A stretch of DNA of 17,881 bases from Lactovum sp. (lineage in GTDB: Bacteria; Bacillota; Bacilli; Lactobacillales; Streptococcaceae): contig JBKECB010000035.1 of assembly GCA_047974165.1 (NCBI GenBank), positions 1 through 17,881 on the forward strand, given 5' to 3'. Position numbers and translations under genes: made by a program. Positions 6,861 to 17,600 of this stretch are shown here, one piece after another (position 1 is the first letter of the stretch; the number at the start of each line of letters is the position of its first letter). Under the pieces are notes generated by a model, which saw nothing but the letters and a program-made list of their open reading frames with translations, was not told where the DNA came from and did not search any database.

Positions 6861-8308
6861 TGTTACTGTTACTAGTTTTTATTGCTTTTATTTTATTACT
6901 TCTATTTATTATTCTTTTAAGTTATAAAAGAGTCCGATCTAATACTGCCTTGGTTATTTGGGGTAAGGGAACGGGTGCTAATGGAATAAAAATTAAAACA
7001 GGAGGTGCAACTTTCGTCATTCCTATTTTACAAGGCTCACAAAAATTAAGTCTTGAGCCTTTTGCCGTGGATGTTGACCTAAAAGGAGCTTTGTCTAAGA
7101 AAAATATCCGTGTGAATACACCTTCAACCTTTACGCTTGCAGTCTCCTCAAGTCTAGATATGTTAAATAATGCAGCTCGTCGTATCTTAGACTTAAAGGA
7201 TGCAGCGTTGATGGAGCAATCCAGAGACATTATTTTAGGGCAATTACGTGCAGTGATTGCTGGTCTAACGATTGAGGAAATTAATGCAGATCGTGAAAAG
7301 TTTGAAGCTGAGGTTTTTAAAAATGTTTCTTCAGAGCTTTATAAGTTAGGTCTTGATTTAATTAATGTGAATATTAAGGATATTACAGATGAGGCAGGCT
7401 ATATTGAAGCAATTGGTCGTAAAGCAAGTGCTGAAGCGGTTAATCAGGCAAATATTGATGTGTCTAATGCTGATAAGTATGGCGAAATCGGAACAAACGA
7501 AGCACGTAAAGAAAAAGAAATTCAAGTGTCTAAGTTTAATACCGAACGTGAAATTGGAATTAGCTCTGCTGAAAAGGAGCGTATCATTCGTACAGCTGAA
7601 TTAGCAGCAGAGCGTGCAGAGGGTGAGAATCTTGCGATGGCTAAGCAACTTGAAAGTAATAAAGACTTGGCAGTTAAGACGGCAAAATTTGAAGAGGATT
7701 CTCGTCTAGCAGAAATTAGTGCTCAAATTGCAATTCAAAAACAAAAGGCTGAAGAAGAACTTGAACAACTTCGTGCTGAGGAAGTTTCTAAAGTCAAGGC
7801 TGAAAAAGAAAAAATTGAACTCCGAGCAGAAGCTGAAAAGAATAAACGTATCAAAGAAGCTGAAGCTCAAGCACAGGAAATCTTGCTTTATGCAGAAGCT
7901 GAAGCTCAAGGTATTAATAAAATCATGGAAGAAAAGGCAGCAGGTTACAATAAGATTCGTAAGGCTGTAGGGGATGATAATCTTGCAACCATTCTGATGA
8001 TTGAAAAGCTTGTAGAAGTTACGAAGGTGAAATCTGATGCCTTGAACAATCTTAATATTGATAAGATTACTGTTTGGGACAATCCTGGCTCTGGAAATAC
8101 AGAAGGACGTTCAGGTTTAAATGGATTTGTGGATAACTTTATGAACTCAATACCAGCCATGCATGAAATTGCAAATGATGCAGGAATTGATTTACCAAAA
8201 TATCTAGGTGAGCTAAAGAATTCAGCTCTTAAATCTGTAGAGTCAGAAGAGGAAGTTACTGTAAATAATCGTCCTTTAGATCCTATTGAAGTAAGTACTG
8301 ATGAATAA
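6857..8308 (+). CDS. floT: Flotillin-like SPFH/band-7 protein (FloT/YuaG type).
   Basis: N-terminal hydrophobic hairpin MMLLLLVFIAFILLLLFIILL. SPFH core GGATFVIPILQ (compare B. subtilis FloT GGGTFVLPVFQ). Long Glu/Ala/Lys-rich coiled coil with EA repeats (AEAEKNKRIKEAEAQAQEILLYAEAEAQG). C-terminal NIDKITVWD matches FloT NIDKITVVD. 483 aa. Confidence 0.85.
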   Translation: MMLLLLVFIAFILLLLFIILLSYKRVRSNTALVIWGKGTGANGIKIKTGGATFVIPILQGSQKLSLEPFAVDVDLKGALSKKNIRVNTPSTFTLAVSSSLDMLNNAARRILDLKDAALMEQSRDIILGQLRAVIAGLTIEEINADREKFEAEVFKNVSSELYKLGLDLINVNIKDITDEAGYIEAIGRKASAEAVNQANIDVSNADKYGEIGTNEARKEKEIQVSKFNTEREIGISSAEKERIIRTAELAAERAEGENLAMAKQLESNKDLAVKTAKFEEDSRLAEISAQIAIQKQKAEEELEQLRAEEVSKVKAEKEKIELRAEAEKNKRIKEAEAQAQEILLYAEAEAQGINKIMEEKAAGYNKIRKAVGDDNLATILMIEKLVEVTKVKSDALNNLNIDKITVWDNPGSGNTEGRSGLNGFVDNFMNSIPAMHEIANDAGIDLPKYLGELKNSALKSVESEEEVTVNNRPLDPIEVSTDE

Positions 8309-8320
8309 AAATGAAAGGCG

Positions 8321-8348
8321 AGAGTTTTTAAGAAACTCTTGTTTTTTT
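8321..8348 (+). terminator. Rho-independent terminator after the flotillin gene.
   Basis: agagttt-ttaag-aaactct: 7-bp stem and 5-nt loop, followed by ttgttttttt. Confidence 0.55.
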
Positions 8349-8371
8349 AATCAGAAAATAGTGTAAAATAG

Positions 8372-9904
<1,533 letters not shown>

Positions 9905-9930
9905 CAAAGCTTTGGTTTTTCTATATGAAG

Positions 9931-9939
9931 TGTTATAAT
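9931..9939 (+). promoter_or_regulatory. Extended -10 (TGtTATAAT) promoter for the yhbY-nadD-yqeK-rsfS-yqeM-tmcAL operon.
   Basis: TGnTATAAT, 33 nt upstream of the yhbY ATG. A weak palindrome with T-run (caaagctttggttttt) lies just upstream, after glpK. Confidence 0.45.
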
Positions 9940-9972
9940 GAGGTACAGTAAAAATAAGAGATAAGGATAATC

Positions 9973-10287
9973 ATGGAATTAACAGGGAAACAAAAAAGAT
10001 TTTTAAGAGCAGAGGCTGTGACAATGAAAGCCATTGTTCAAATAGGAAAGCAAGGAATTACAAATGAGATTTTAACAAGTATTCGTCAAGCCTGTGATGC
10101 GCGTGAGTTGATTAAAGTTTCGATATTACAAAACTCAGATAGTCAGGTTGAAGAATTAGCAGAAGCGATTGAAGAAATGGGGCTTGATATTGTTCAAACT
10201 ATTGGACGAAATCTCATTGTCTTTAAGGTTTCAGCCAAGAAAGAAAACCGGAAAATTTCAGAAGAAGTAAAGAAGCTAAGCCGATGA
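9973..10287 (+). CDS. yhbY: YhbY/YqeI CRS1-type RNA-binding protein.
   Basis: MELTGKQKRFLRAEA...IVQIGKQGITNEIL matches the CRM/YhbY domain. 104 aa. Sits at the conserved position before nadD. Its stop overlaps the nadD ATG (ATGA). Confidence 0.85.
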   Translation: MELTGKQKRFLRAEAVTMKAIVQIGKQGITNEILTSIRQACDARELIKVSILQNSDSQVEELAEAIEEMGLDIVQTIGRNLIVFKVSAKKENRKISEEVKKLSR

Positions 10288-10892
10288 CAGTAGAACTTCT
10301 GACTCCCTTTACAAAAGTTAAATTACAACAAGATAAAGAAATACAAAAAGGAGGGATTGCCTTTTTTTGGGGAACTTTTAATCCTGTTCATTTAGCACAT
10401 TTATTGATTGCTGATCAGGTTAGACAGTTATTAAAGTTAGATGAAGTTCGTTTCTTACCTGAAAAGGCAAGCTCTGATGTTCTTGAGATGTTAGCTTTGG
10501 TGACAGACGAAAATCTTAGCTTTAAGCTTGAAGAAGCAAGGTGTCAGACTCGTTTGGGGATTTATGAAACGATTAAAAAATTAAAGGAAAAATCTCCTGA
10601 AAAAGATCTTTACTTTATTTTAGGAGCAGATATGATCGCTTCTTTATCACGATGGCCTGATATCGATGAGTTGGTAAAGTTGGTGACAATAGTAGGTATT
10701 CAAAGACCACGATATCGTGCGGGAACCTCTTATCCTGTCCTTTGGCTGGATTGTCCACAGTTAGATATTTCAAGTTTTCAAATTCGTGAGATGATAAAAA
10801 AAGGAATTGAGCCTAATTTTTTACTTGCTCCTAAAGTGTTAAGCTATATTAAAGAAAGGAATCTTTACCGAGAAGATGATGGAATACTATAA
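10284..10892 (+). CDS. nadD: Nicotinate-nucleotide adenylyltransferase.
   Basis: GGTFNPVHLAHL (T/HxGH nucleotidyltransferase motif). ISSFQIRE (ISSTxIR motif). 202 aa. Confidence 0.9.
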   Translation: MTVELLTPFTKVKLQQDKEIQKGGIAFFWGTFNPVHLAHLLIADQVRQLLKLDEVRFLPEKASSDVLEMLALVTDENLSFKLEEARCQTRLGIYETIKKLKEKSPEKDLYFILGADMIASLSRWPDIDELVKLVTIVGIQRPRYRAGTSYPVLWLDCPQLDISSFQIREMIKKGIEPNFLLAPKVLSYIKERNLYREDDGIL

Positions 10893-11472
10893 AGAGCTTA
10901 AAATGAGTCGGGAAGAGCTGCTTGTTAAAATTCAATCAATGGTCAAAGCCTCAAGATTTCAACATATGCTGGCAGTTGAAAAGGTAGCAGGAGAGTTAGC
11001 TGAGCGCTTTTCAGCTGATATCTATCAAGCAAGGTTAGCTGGTCTTTTACATGATTATGCTAAAGAGTTATCATTTATGGAGTTTGAAGGATTGATTGAC
11101 CGTCATCATTTAGATGAATCTTTGAAATCATGGGGAAATGAAATCTTACATGGAAAAGTGGGTTACTTAAAAATTCAAGAGGATTTAGGACTTGAAAATC
11201 AAGAGATTTTACAAGCGATTGAAAGACATACAACAGGTCATGCTGAAATGACGGTGCTTGATAAAATTGTTTACGTTGCGGACTATATCGAGAAAGGGCG
11301 GAACTTTCCTCAAGTGGATAAGGCGCGTGAGTTAGCTGCTGTATCTTTAGACAAGGCTCTGGCTTTTAAGACAATGCGAACGATGGAGTATTTGATAGCA
11401 AAAAAAGAACCTATCTATCCACAAACACTAGAAACTTATAATACATATATTAAATTTTTGAAAGAAAAATAG
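10876..11472 (+). CDS. yqeK: HD-domain protein YqeK (bis(5'-nucleosyl)-tetraphosphatase family).
   Basis: HD-domain residues HMLAVEKVA...LLHDYAK...HT. Conserved position after nadD. Overlaps the nadD 3' end by 17 nt. Confidence 0.85.
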   Translation: MMEYYKELKMSREELLVKIQSMVKASRFQHMLAVEKVAGELAERFSADIYQARLAGLLHDYAKELSFMEFEGLIDRHHLDESLKSWGNEILHGKVGYLKIQEDLGLENQEILQAIERHTTGHAEMTVLDKIVYVADYIEKGRNFPQVDKARELAAVSLDKALAFKTMRTMEYLIAKKEPIYPQTLETYNTYIKFLKEK

Positions 11473-11481
11473 GAGAAAAAA

Positions 11482-11844
11482 TTGGAAGCAAAAGAATTGT
11501 TAGAACTTGTCGTACGAGCGGCAGATACAAAGAAGGCAATTAACATTGTTGCTTTAGATGTGGCTGAGGTATCTGGTGTATCAGACTACTTTCTTATCAT
11601 GGAGGGGATGAACTCTCGTCAGCTATCAGCTTTAGTAGCAGCGATTGATGAAGCAGTAGCTGCTCATGGGATTGAAGTTGGTGGAAAGATTGAAGGACAG
11701 GCAGACTCAGGCTGGATTTTGATGGACTTAAATGATGTTGTTGTCAGCATTTTTGATCATGATACACGTGGTCGCTTTAATCTTGAAAAACTCTGGCTAG
11801 ATGCACCGTTGGTAGATGTGACGGATTGGATTTCAGAAGACTGA
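11482..11844 (+). CDS. rsfS: Ribosome silencing factor RsfS (YqeL / Iojap family).
   Basis: Aligns along its full length with B. subtilis YqeL (DYFLI..G.N..Q..A....I; NLEKLW.DAP). TTG start with AGGAGA SD 5 nt upstream. 120 aa. Confidence 0.85.
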   Translation: MEAKELLELVVRAADTKKAINIVALDVAEVSGVSDYFLIMEGMNSRQLSALVAAIDEAVAAHGIEVGGKIEGQADSGWILMDLNDVVVSIFDHDTRGRFNLEKLWLDAPLVDVTDWISED

Positions 11845-12560
11845 TGCCATTTTACGAAGATTTTTCAAAAGTTTATGACCAGATTATGGATCAAGACTTA
11901 TACGAACGTTGGCTTAAATTTAGTCAACGTCATTTTTCATCCTCAACAAAAACGATTTTAGAATTAGCCTCTGGCTCAGGAGAATTGGCTTTAAGATTTG
12001 AAAAAGCTGGCTATGAAGTGACAGGTCTTGATATTTCAGAGGAGATGCTGACCCTAGCGAGAAAAAAATCGATGAAGTCAGAGTTTTTTAAAGGAGATAT
12101 GCGTGATTTTGACTTAGTGAAAAAGTTTGATGCCATTACCTGCTACTCTGATTCACTTTGTTATTTAGCAAATTTAGAAGAACTTTCAAATACTTTTCAA
12201 ACTGTCTATCGACATTTAAATGATGGGGGCTGTTTTATTTTTGATATGCATTCGATTTATCAGATAGATGAGATTTTTCCTGACTACAGCTATCATGAAA
12301 ATGCAGAGGACTTTGCTTTTTTATGGGATTCTTATAAGGGAGAAGAGGCACATTCCATTGAGCATCAGCTGAGCTTTTTTATTAAAACAAAAGAAGAAAG
12401 CTTTGTGAGAAAAGATGAGCTTCATCTGGAGAGGACCTATGAAATTTCTGAAATTTTAAAGAAGCTAAATGATTTTTCTTCGGTTGAAGTATTTGCAGAT
12501 TTTGAAGATCAAGCTCCTTTAGAAGACTCAGCAAGGTGGTTTTTTGTATGTCAAAAGTAA
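11844..12560 (+). CDS. yqeM: Class I SAM-dependent methyltransferase (YqeM family).
   Basis: SAM motif ILELASGSGELAL. The N-terminus MPFYEDFSKVYDQIM aligns with B. subtilis YqeM. The start is placed at the ATG at 11844, which overlaps the rsfS stop (ATGA). The ORF track's TTG at 11826 seems less likely. Confidence 0.8.
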   Translation: MPFYEDFSKVYDQIMDQDLYERWLKFSQRHFSSSTKTILELASGSGELALRFEKAGYEVTGLDISEEMLTLARKKSMKSEFFKGDMRDFDLVKKFDAITCYSDSLCYLANLEELSNTFQTVYRHLNDGGCFIFDMHSIYQIDEIFPDYSYHENAEDFAFLWDSYKGEEAHSIEHQLSFFIKTKEESFVRKDELHLERTYEISEILKKLNDFSSVEVFADFEDQAPLEDSARWFFVCQK

Positions 12561-13639
12561 CAGGGATTATTGCAGAGTTTAATCCTTTTCATAATGGCCA
12601 TCGCTATCTCTTGAGCCAAGCCACAGGAACAAAAGTAGTGGTCATGTCTGGAAATTGGATGCAAAGAGGAGAACCAGCCTATATTGATAAGTGGATAAGA
12701 GCAGAAATGGCCTTGATGAATGGAGCTGATTTAGTAGTTGAACTTCCAGTTCTTGCTTCTTTACAGGGGGCAGATTTTTTTGCCAAGGGAGCCGTGGATA
12801 TTTTATCTCATCTATCAGTTACTGAAATTTTATTTGGCTCTGAAGTTAATTTGGATTATCAAGAAATTGCAGATATTTATAGGAAAAAGTCTGAAAAAAT
12901 GCAGACTTACTTGGACTCTTTGCCAGATTATTTGTCCTATCCTGTGAAAGCTGAAAAGATGTGGGCAAAGTTTGCAAATATTCAATTTAATGGTGGAAGC
13001 CCTAATCATATTTTGGGCTTAGCTTACGCTAAAGCAGTCAAAGAAAGTGATATTCAGCTTAAAACGATAATACGTGAAACGGGTTATAATGATGATAAAT
13101 TAGCAGGGACAATTGCTTCAGCAACTGCAGTCCGACAAAATTTACCAGAATCGAAAAAAGCTGTTCCTAAAAATATATGGGAGCTTCTTTTAGATGCCGC
13201 TAAGGTTAGCTGGTCAGATTTTTGGGAGCTATTACGCTATAAGATTATTTTAAGTCGAGATTTGACTCAGATTTATCAGGTAAATGAAGAACTTTCAAGA
13301 CGAATAAAGCTTGCCATCAAAGTTTCTGGAAGTATTGAAATGCTAGTTGAGAAGGTTTATACTAAACGCTATACAAAAGGGCATATCCGTCGTTTATTAA
13401 CTTATATTTTACTAGATATTCCTAAAAACTCTCAACTTGTCCAAGATATTCATGTTTTAGGATTTACTGAAAAGGGACAGGATTTGTTAGCAGGTATAAG
13501 AAAAAAAGATATTTCATTGGTAACGCGTATTGGGAAAAATCCCTGGGATAGTCTGACACAGTCAGCAGATGAAATCTACCGCTTGGGAAATTCAGAGATT
13601 CCTGAGCAGACCTATGCTAGAAAGCCGATTATAAAATAA
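12548..13639 (+). CDS. tmcAL: tRNA(Met) cytidine acetate ligase TmcAL (YlbM/DUF795 nucleotidyltransferase).
   Basis: N-terminal GIIAEFNPFHNGHRYLL (HxGH-like nucleotidyltransferase motif), typical of TmcAL. The ATG at 12548 has AAGGTGG 8 nt upstream and overlaps the yqeM 3' end. The ORF-track GTG at 12536 seems less likely. Confidence 0.8.
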   Translation: MSKVTGIIAEFNPFHNGHRYLLSQATGTKVVVMSGNWMQRGEPAYIDKWIRAEMALMNGADLVVELPVLASLQGADFFAKGAVDILSHLSVTEILFGSEVNLDYQEIADIYRKKSEKMQTYLDSLPDYLSYPVKAEKMWAKFANIQFNGGSPNHILGLAYAKAVKESDIQLKTIIRETGYNDDKLAGTIASATAVRQNLPESKKAVPKNIWELLLDAAKVSWSDFWELLRYKIILSRDLTQIYQVNEELSRRIKLAIKVSGSIEMLVEKVYTKRYTKGHIRRLLTYILLDIPKNSQLVQDIHVLGFTEKGQDLLAGIRKKDISLVTRIGKNPWDSLTQSADEIYRLGNSEIPEQTYARKPIIK

Positions 13640-13669
13640 AAAATAGTGTTAAGTTATACGGTCTCTTTA

Positions 13670-13678
13670 TGGTATAAT
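13670..13678 (+). promoter_or_regulatory. Extended -10 (TGgTATAAT) promoter for yebC.
   Basis: TG at 13670-13671 and TATAAT at 13673-13678, 37 nt upstream of the ATG. AGGAGA SD. Confidence 0.45.
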
Positions 13679-13715
13679 AGACAGGAATTTTAAATCAAAT
13701 AATTAGGAGAAGAAA

Positions 13716-14429
13716 ATGGGACGTAAATGGGCAAATATTGTTGCTAAAAAAACAGCAAAAGATGGTGCAAACTCAAAAGTATATGCTAAGTTTGGTGTAG
13801 AAATCTATGTGGCAGCAAAGCAAGGCGAGCCAGATCCAGAGTCAAATGCTGCCTTGAAATTTGTGATTGAGCGTGCAAAGCAAGCACAAGTACCAAAGCA
13901 TGTGATTGATAAGGCCATTGATAAGGCTAAGGGTTCAACAGATGAGACTTTTACAACAGGTCGTTATGAAGGCTTTGGACCAAATGGATCGATGATTATC
14001 GTAGATACGCTGACAAATAATGTCAATCGTACAGCTGCAGACATTCGCTCTCTCTATAATAAAAATGCTGGTAATTTTGGCTCGACAGGTTCTGTATCTT
14101 ATATGTTTGATAATTCAGGAATTATTGTCTTTAAAGCGGATAATGCAGACGAAGTTTTTGAATATCTTTTAGAAAAAGAAGTGGAAGTACGTGATGTGGA
14201 ACAGCAAGATGATCAGGTAGTTGTGACTACAGAACCTACTGATTTGCATAAAGCAGTGGAGGCACTCAAGGAAAATGGTGTCACCGAGTTTACACAAACA
14301 GAGCTTGAAATGGTACCGCAAACAGAAATTGAACTCTCTGGAGAAGACTTGGAAAGCTTTGAAAATTTAATTGAACTTTTAGAGGATAATGATGATGTTC
14401 AAAAAGTTTATCATAATGTAATGCTTTAA
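13716..14429 (+). CDS. yebC: YebC/PmpR-family protein (probable transcriptional regulator / translation factor; YeeN-like).
   Basis: [55 protein letters not shown] is the hallmark YebC N-terminus. 237 aa. Confidence 0.9.
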   Translation: MGRKWANIVAKKTAKDGANSKVYAKFGVEIYVAAKQGEPDPESNAALKFVIERAKQAQVPKHVIDKAIDKAKGSTDETFTTGRYEGFGPNGSMIIVDTLTNNVNRTAADIRSLYNKNAGNFGSTGSVSYMFDNSGIIVFKADNADEVFEYLLEKEVEVRDVEQQDDQVVVTTEPTDLHKAVEALKENGVTEFTQTELEMVPQTEIELSGEDLESFENLIELLEDNDDVQKVYHNVML

Positions 14430-14669
14430 TGTGAAGTTAGCAATATAACAAATACAAGCTATCATTAAGTTTGACTTAAAATGAGGTAGAAAGAAATTAA
14501 AAAAGCGATAGTTTATCGATCATTTTATTTATAACCATAATGTTAGCTTCTCTAAAGTTATACTAAATATTAGTACTTTTAAAAATTATATAAGAAGAAA
14601 TTAAGTTTATTTTAGAAATAAATGTCTAATGGATTATTTGATATGATTAAAAAATAGAATAGAGAAAAT

Positions 14670-17600
14670 ATGACAAGATATAGTGTTGGTCTAGATATAG
14701 GTATTTCAAGTGTTGGCTGGAGTATCGTGGATATTGATAAAAAGGAAATTGTTGATTTAGGAAGTCGAATTTTTCCTTCAGGTAATGCTGAAAGTAATCA
14801 AAAGAGAAGATCCTTTAGAGGTGCACGCAGACTTATTCGTAGACGGAAGAATAGATTATCTGATTTACAAAAAATTTTATCAGAGAAGGGTTTTCCAATT
14901 AGATTGAATAGCTCAGCGAATGTTTATGAATTACGAGTAAAAGCTTTAACAGAGCAACTTTCAAGAGAAGAGCTTTCTATCGTTTTGTATCATCTTGTGA
15001 AACGTCGTGGAATTTCCTATGATTTAGGTGATCTGGAAGATGATGGAACAAGTGGAGTAACAAACTATAAATCCTCTATTAATGAAAATAGGAAATTGTT
15101 ACAATTAGGAAAAACAGTTGGAGAGATTCAACTAGAGCGATTAAAAAAGTATGGACAGGTACGTGGACAAGTAACGATTGATAACATAAGCTTGTTAAAT
15201 ATATTTCCATCGTCAGCTTATGTAGAAGAAGTAGAGAGAATTTTAAAAACTCAAGAAAGCTTTTATACAGAAATAACAGCTGAATTTATAGATAAAATTA
15301 AAGACTTAATTAGACGTAAGCGTAAGTATTTTCATGGACCAGGAAGTGAGAAGTCACGAACAGATTACGGGATTTACAAAGTAAGTGGTGAAACTCTTGA
15401 AAATCTATTTTCTGAACTTATCGGTAAGGATAAGATTAATGGAGAACGTCGTGCTTCTGCTTCAAGTTTGACAGCTCAAATTTATAATTTATTGAATGAT
15501 CTTAATAACTTAACTGTTCCTAATACAGAAGATGGGAAGTTAACTACTGAGATAAAAATGGAAATTTTAGAAAAAGCAAAAACGACTAATGAACAATTTG
15601 GTTTGACTCAAATTTGTAAAATTATTGGGAGCAAAAAAGAAGAAATTAAAGGTTTTAGAATTGATAAATCAGAAAAACCTATTATTCACACATTATCAGG
15701 ATATAGGAAATTTCGTAAAATTCTTGCTGAAGCAAATGTTGAAGCAAATGATTTGCCTACAGAATTTTTCGATAAAGTAGCAGATATTCTAACTTTAAAT
15801 ACAGAAAAAGCAGAAATTCGTAAGCAACTAGATAAAGAAGAACTTGAAATATCAGATGAAATTAAAGAAATAATTAGTAGAGAAAATAAGAATTTACTTG
15901 TTGATAGTCGTGCAACTTGGCATAGTTTCTCATACAAGACATTAAAACTTCTTATTCCTGAACTGTTAAATACATCAGATGAACAGATGACGATTTTATC
16001 TAAGCGTGGACTTATAAAGGTTGATAATAAAAAGTATCAAGGCTTAACTAAGATTCCAGCAAAGCTAATTACAGAGGAAATATATAATCCAGTTGTTTCA
16101 AAGTCGACTTATGAGTCTATTAATGTGTTCAATGCCATTTCAAAAAGTTTAGGCTCTGAAAATATCGAACATGTGGTTATCGAATTACCTAGAGAAGATA
16201 ATGAAGATGATATTAAAGATAATTATATAGACTTTCAAAAACAACAAAAAAAAGAGAAAAGTGAGGCTGATTTAGAACTTCTTCAACAACTGGATATTTC
16301 TTTTGAGAGCTTGAAATCAAAATATAGACAATATAAAAAACTATCTCAGAAAGTTCGATTTTGGTATCAACAAGAAGGAGTTTGTCCTTATTGTGGTGAG
16401 AAAATTCCTGCAATCAAACTTGTTAATCAGAATGAGAATTTTGAGATTGATCATATTATTCCGATTTCAGTAAGTTTTGATGATTCTCAAGATAATAAAG
16501 TCATTTGTCATAGTAAATGTAACCAAGAGAAAGAAAAGCAAACGCCTTTAGGTTGGATAAATAATGGTGGCGGCTTTGGTCAGAATAAAGAAGACTATAA
16601 ATCAAAAATTAAAGCAAATAAGCATTACTCTAAAAATAAGAAGTATAATTTATTAAATGATGTTGATCTAAATGATATTGAAGTGCGTCGTAGCTTTATA
16701 AGTCGAAATATTAATGATACTCGTTATAGTTCAAAGCTTGTACTTAATGAACTTGAAAGCTTTTTCAAATCAAATAACTTACCGTCAAAAGTAAAAGTAG
16801 TACGTGGTAAGTGGACCTCTCAGATGCGTAAAAAATGGAATAACTCAGGTGGACTTTCAAAATCAAGAGACACACATCATCACCATGCGATTGATGCCAG
16901 TATCATTGCAAGTTTTCCTTTGGTTAAAGTCTTTAGTCATCGTGTTAACTTAATAACTAGTGTGGATATGGAGACAGGCGAAGTTTTAGGAAAAATACCG
17001 ATTCTCTCATATAAAGATTTTAAAAAAGAAGTCATGGAAATTTCTGACTATCCACTTTTTAAACAAATCGAAGAGGCAAATGATATTGGTCATTTTGAAA
17101 AAGATGAAAAGGGACAGAGTTATCTTGTTGAAAACCCCCAAAAAATAAAAAATAATCCTGTGAAATTTAGCCATAAAGTAGATAAAAAAGTAAACCGTGA
17201 AATTGCAAATCAGACAATCTATGGGACACGACAAAGAAAGAAAATAGAGACAAAAGGTCGTGGAAAAAATAAAAAAGAAGTTGAAAAAATAGAAAATTAT
17301 GTATTTGCTTCAGTTAATATTTATGCTTTTGAGTCACGTCCAGGTGTTAAAGGCTGGAAAGATGCTAAAAAACTTTTTGAGAAGACAAAAAATGGAGAAA
17401 AAGTTTTCTTGATGCAGGAAAAAGATCCTAAAACTTGGGAAAAACTTGTTGAAATTCTCAAGACCTATCCAGATAAAATAGAGCAAACTCAAGCAGATGG
17501 AAAAGTAAAAGTTTCATCCCTCTCTCCTTTTGAGCTTTATCGTAAAGAGAATGGATTTGTGACAAAGTATTCTAAGCATAATAATGGTCCTAAAGTTAAA

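Noticed and set aside
7850-7915. Short direct repeats (gctgaagctcaag, twice) in the flotillin coiled-coil region
   Set aside because: They are imposed by the encoded EAEAQ repeats. Not a CRISPR or other structured repeat element.
6922-8160. Five short ORFs inside the flotillin gene, including the Lys-rich 7719..7970(+) ORF
   Set aside because: They are alternative-frame readings of the GAA/GCT/AAA-rich coiled-coil (EA-repeat) coding region. The repetitive codon usage generates long open frames by chance.
9905-9925. Palindrome caaag|ctttg plus T-run after glpK as a terminator
   Set aside because: The stem has essentially no loop and is very short. At best it is a weak terminator, so it is not listed as a feature.
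12738-12947. ORF 12738..12947(+) inside tmcAL
   Set aside because: Alternative frame inside the TmcAL CDS. No RBS. Hydrophobic low-complexity translation.
14430-14669. Possible tracrRNA or CRISPR leader upstream of cas9
   Set aside because: No repeat units, no anti-repeat candidate and no GC-rich terminator hairpins. Only a 5-bp hairpin at 14506-14518. This cannot be supported without the repeat sequence, which is outside the window.
15686-17234. Minus-strand ORFs 15686..15937, 16213..16413 and 17007..17234
   Set aside because: They are antisense to the long Cas9 reading frame, which carries all the conserved Cas9 motifs. AT-rich antisense frames give spurious ORFs.
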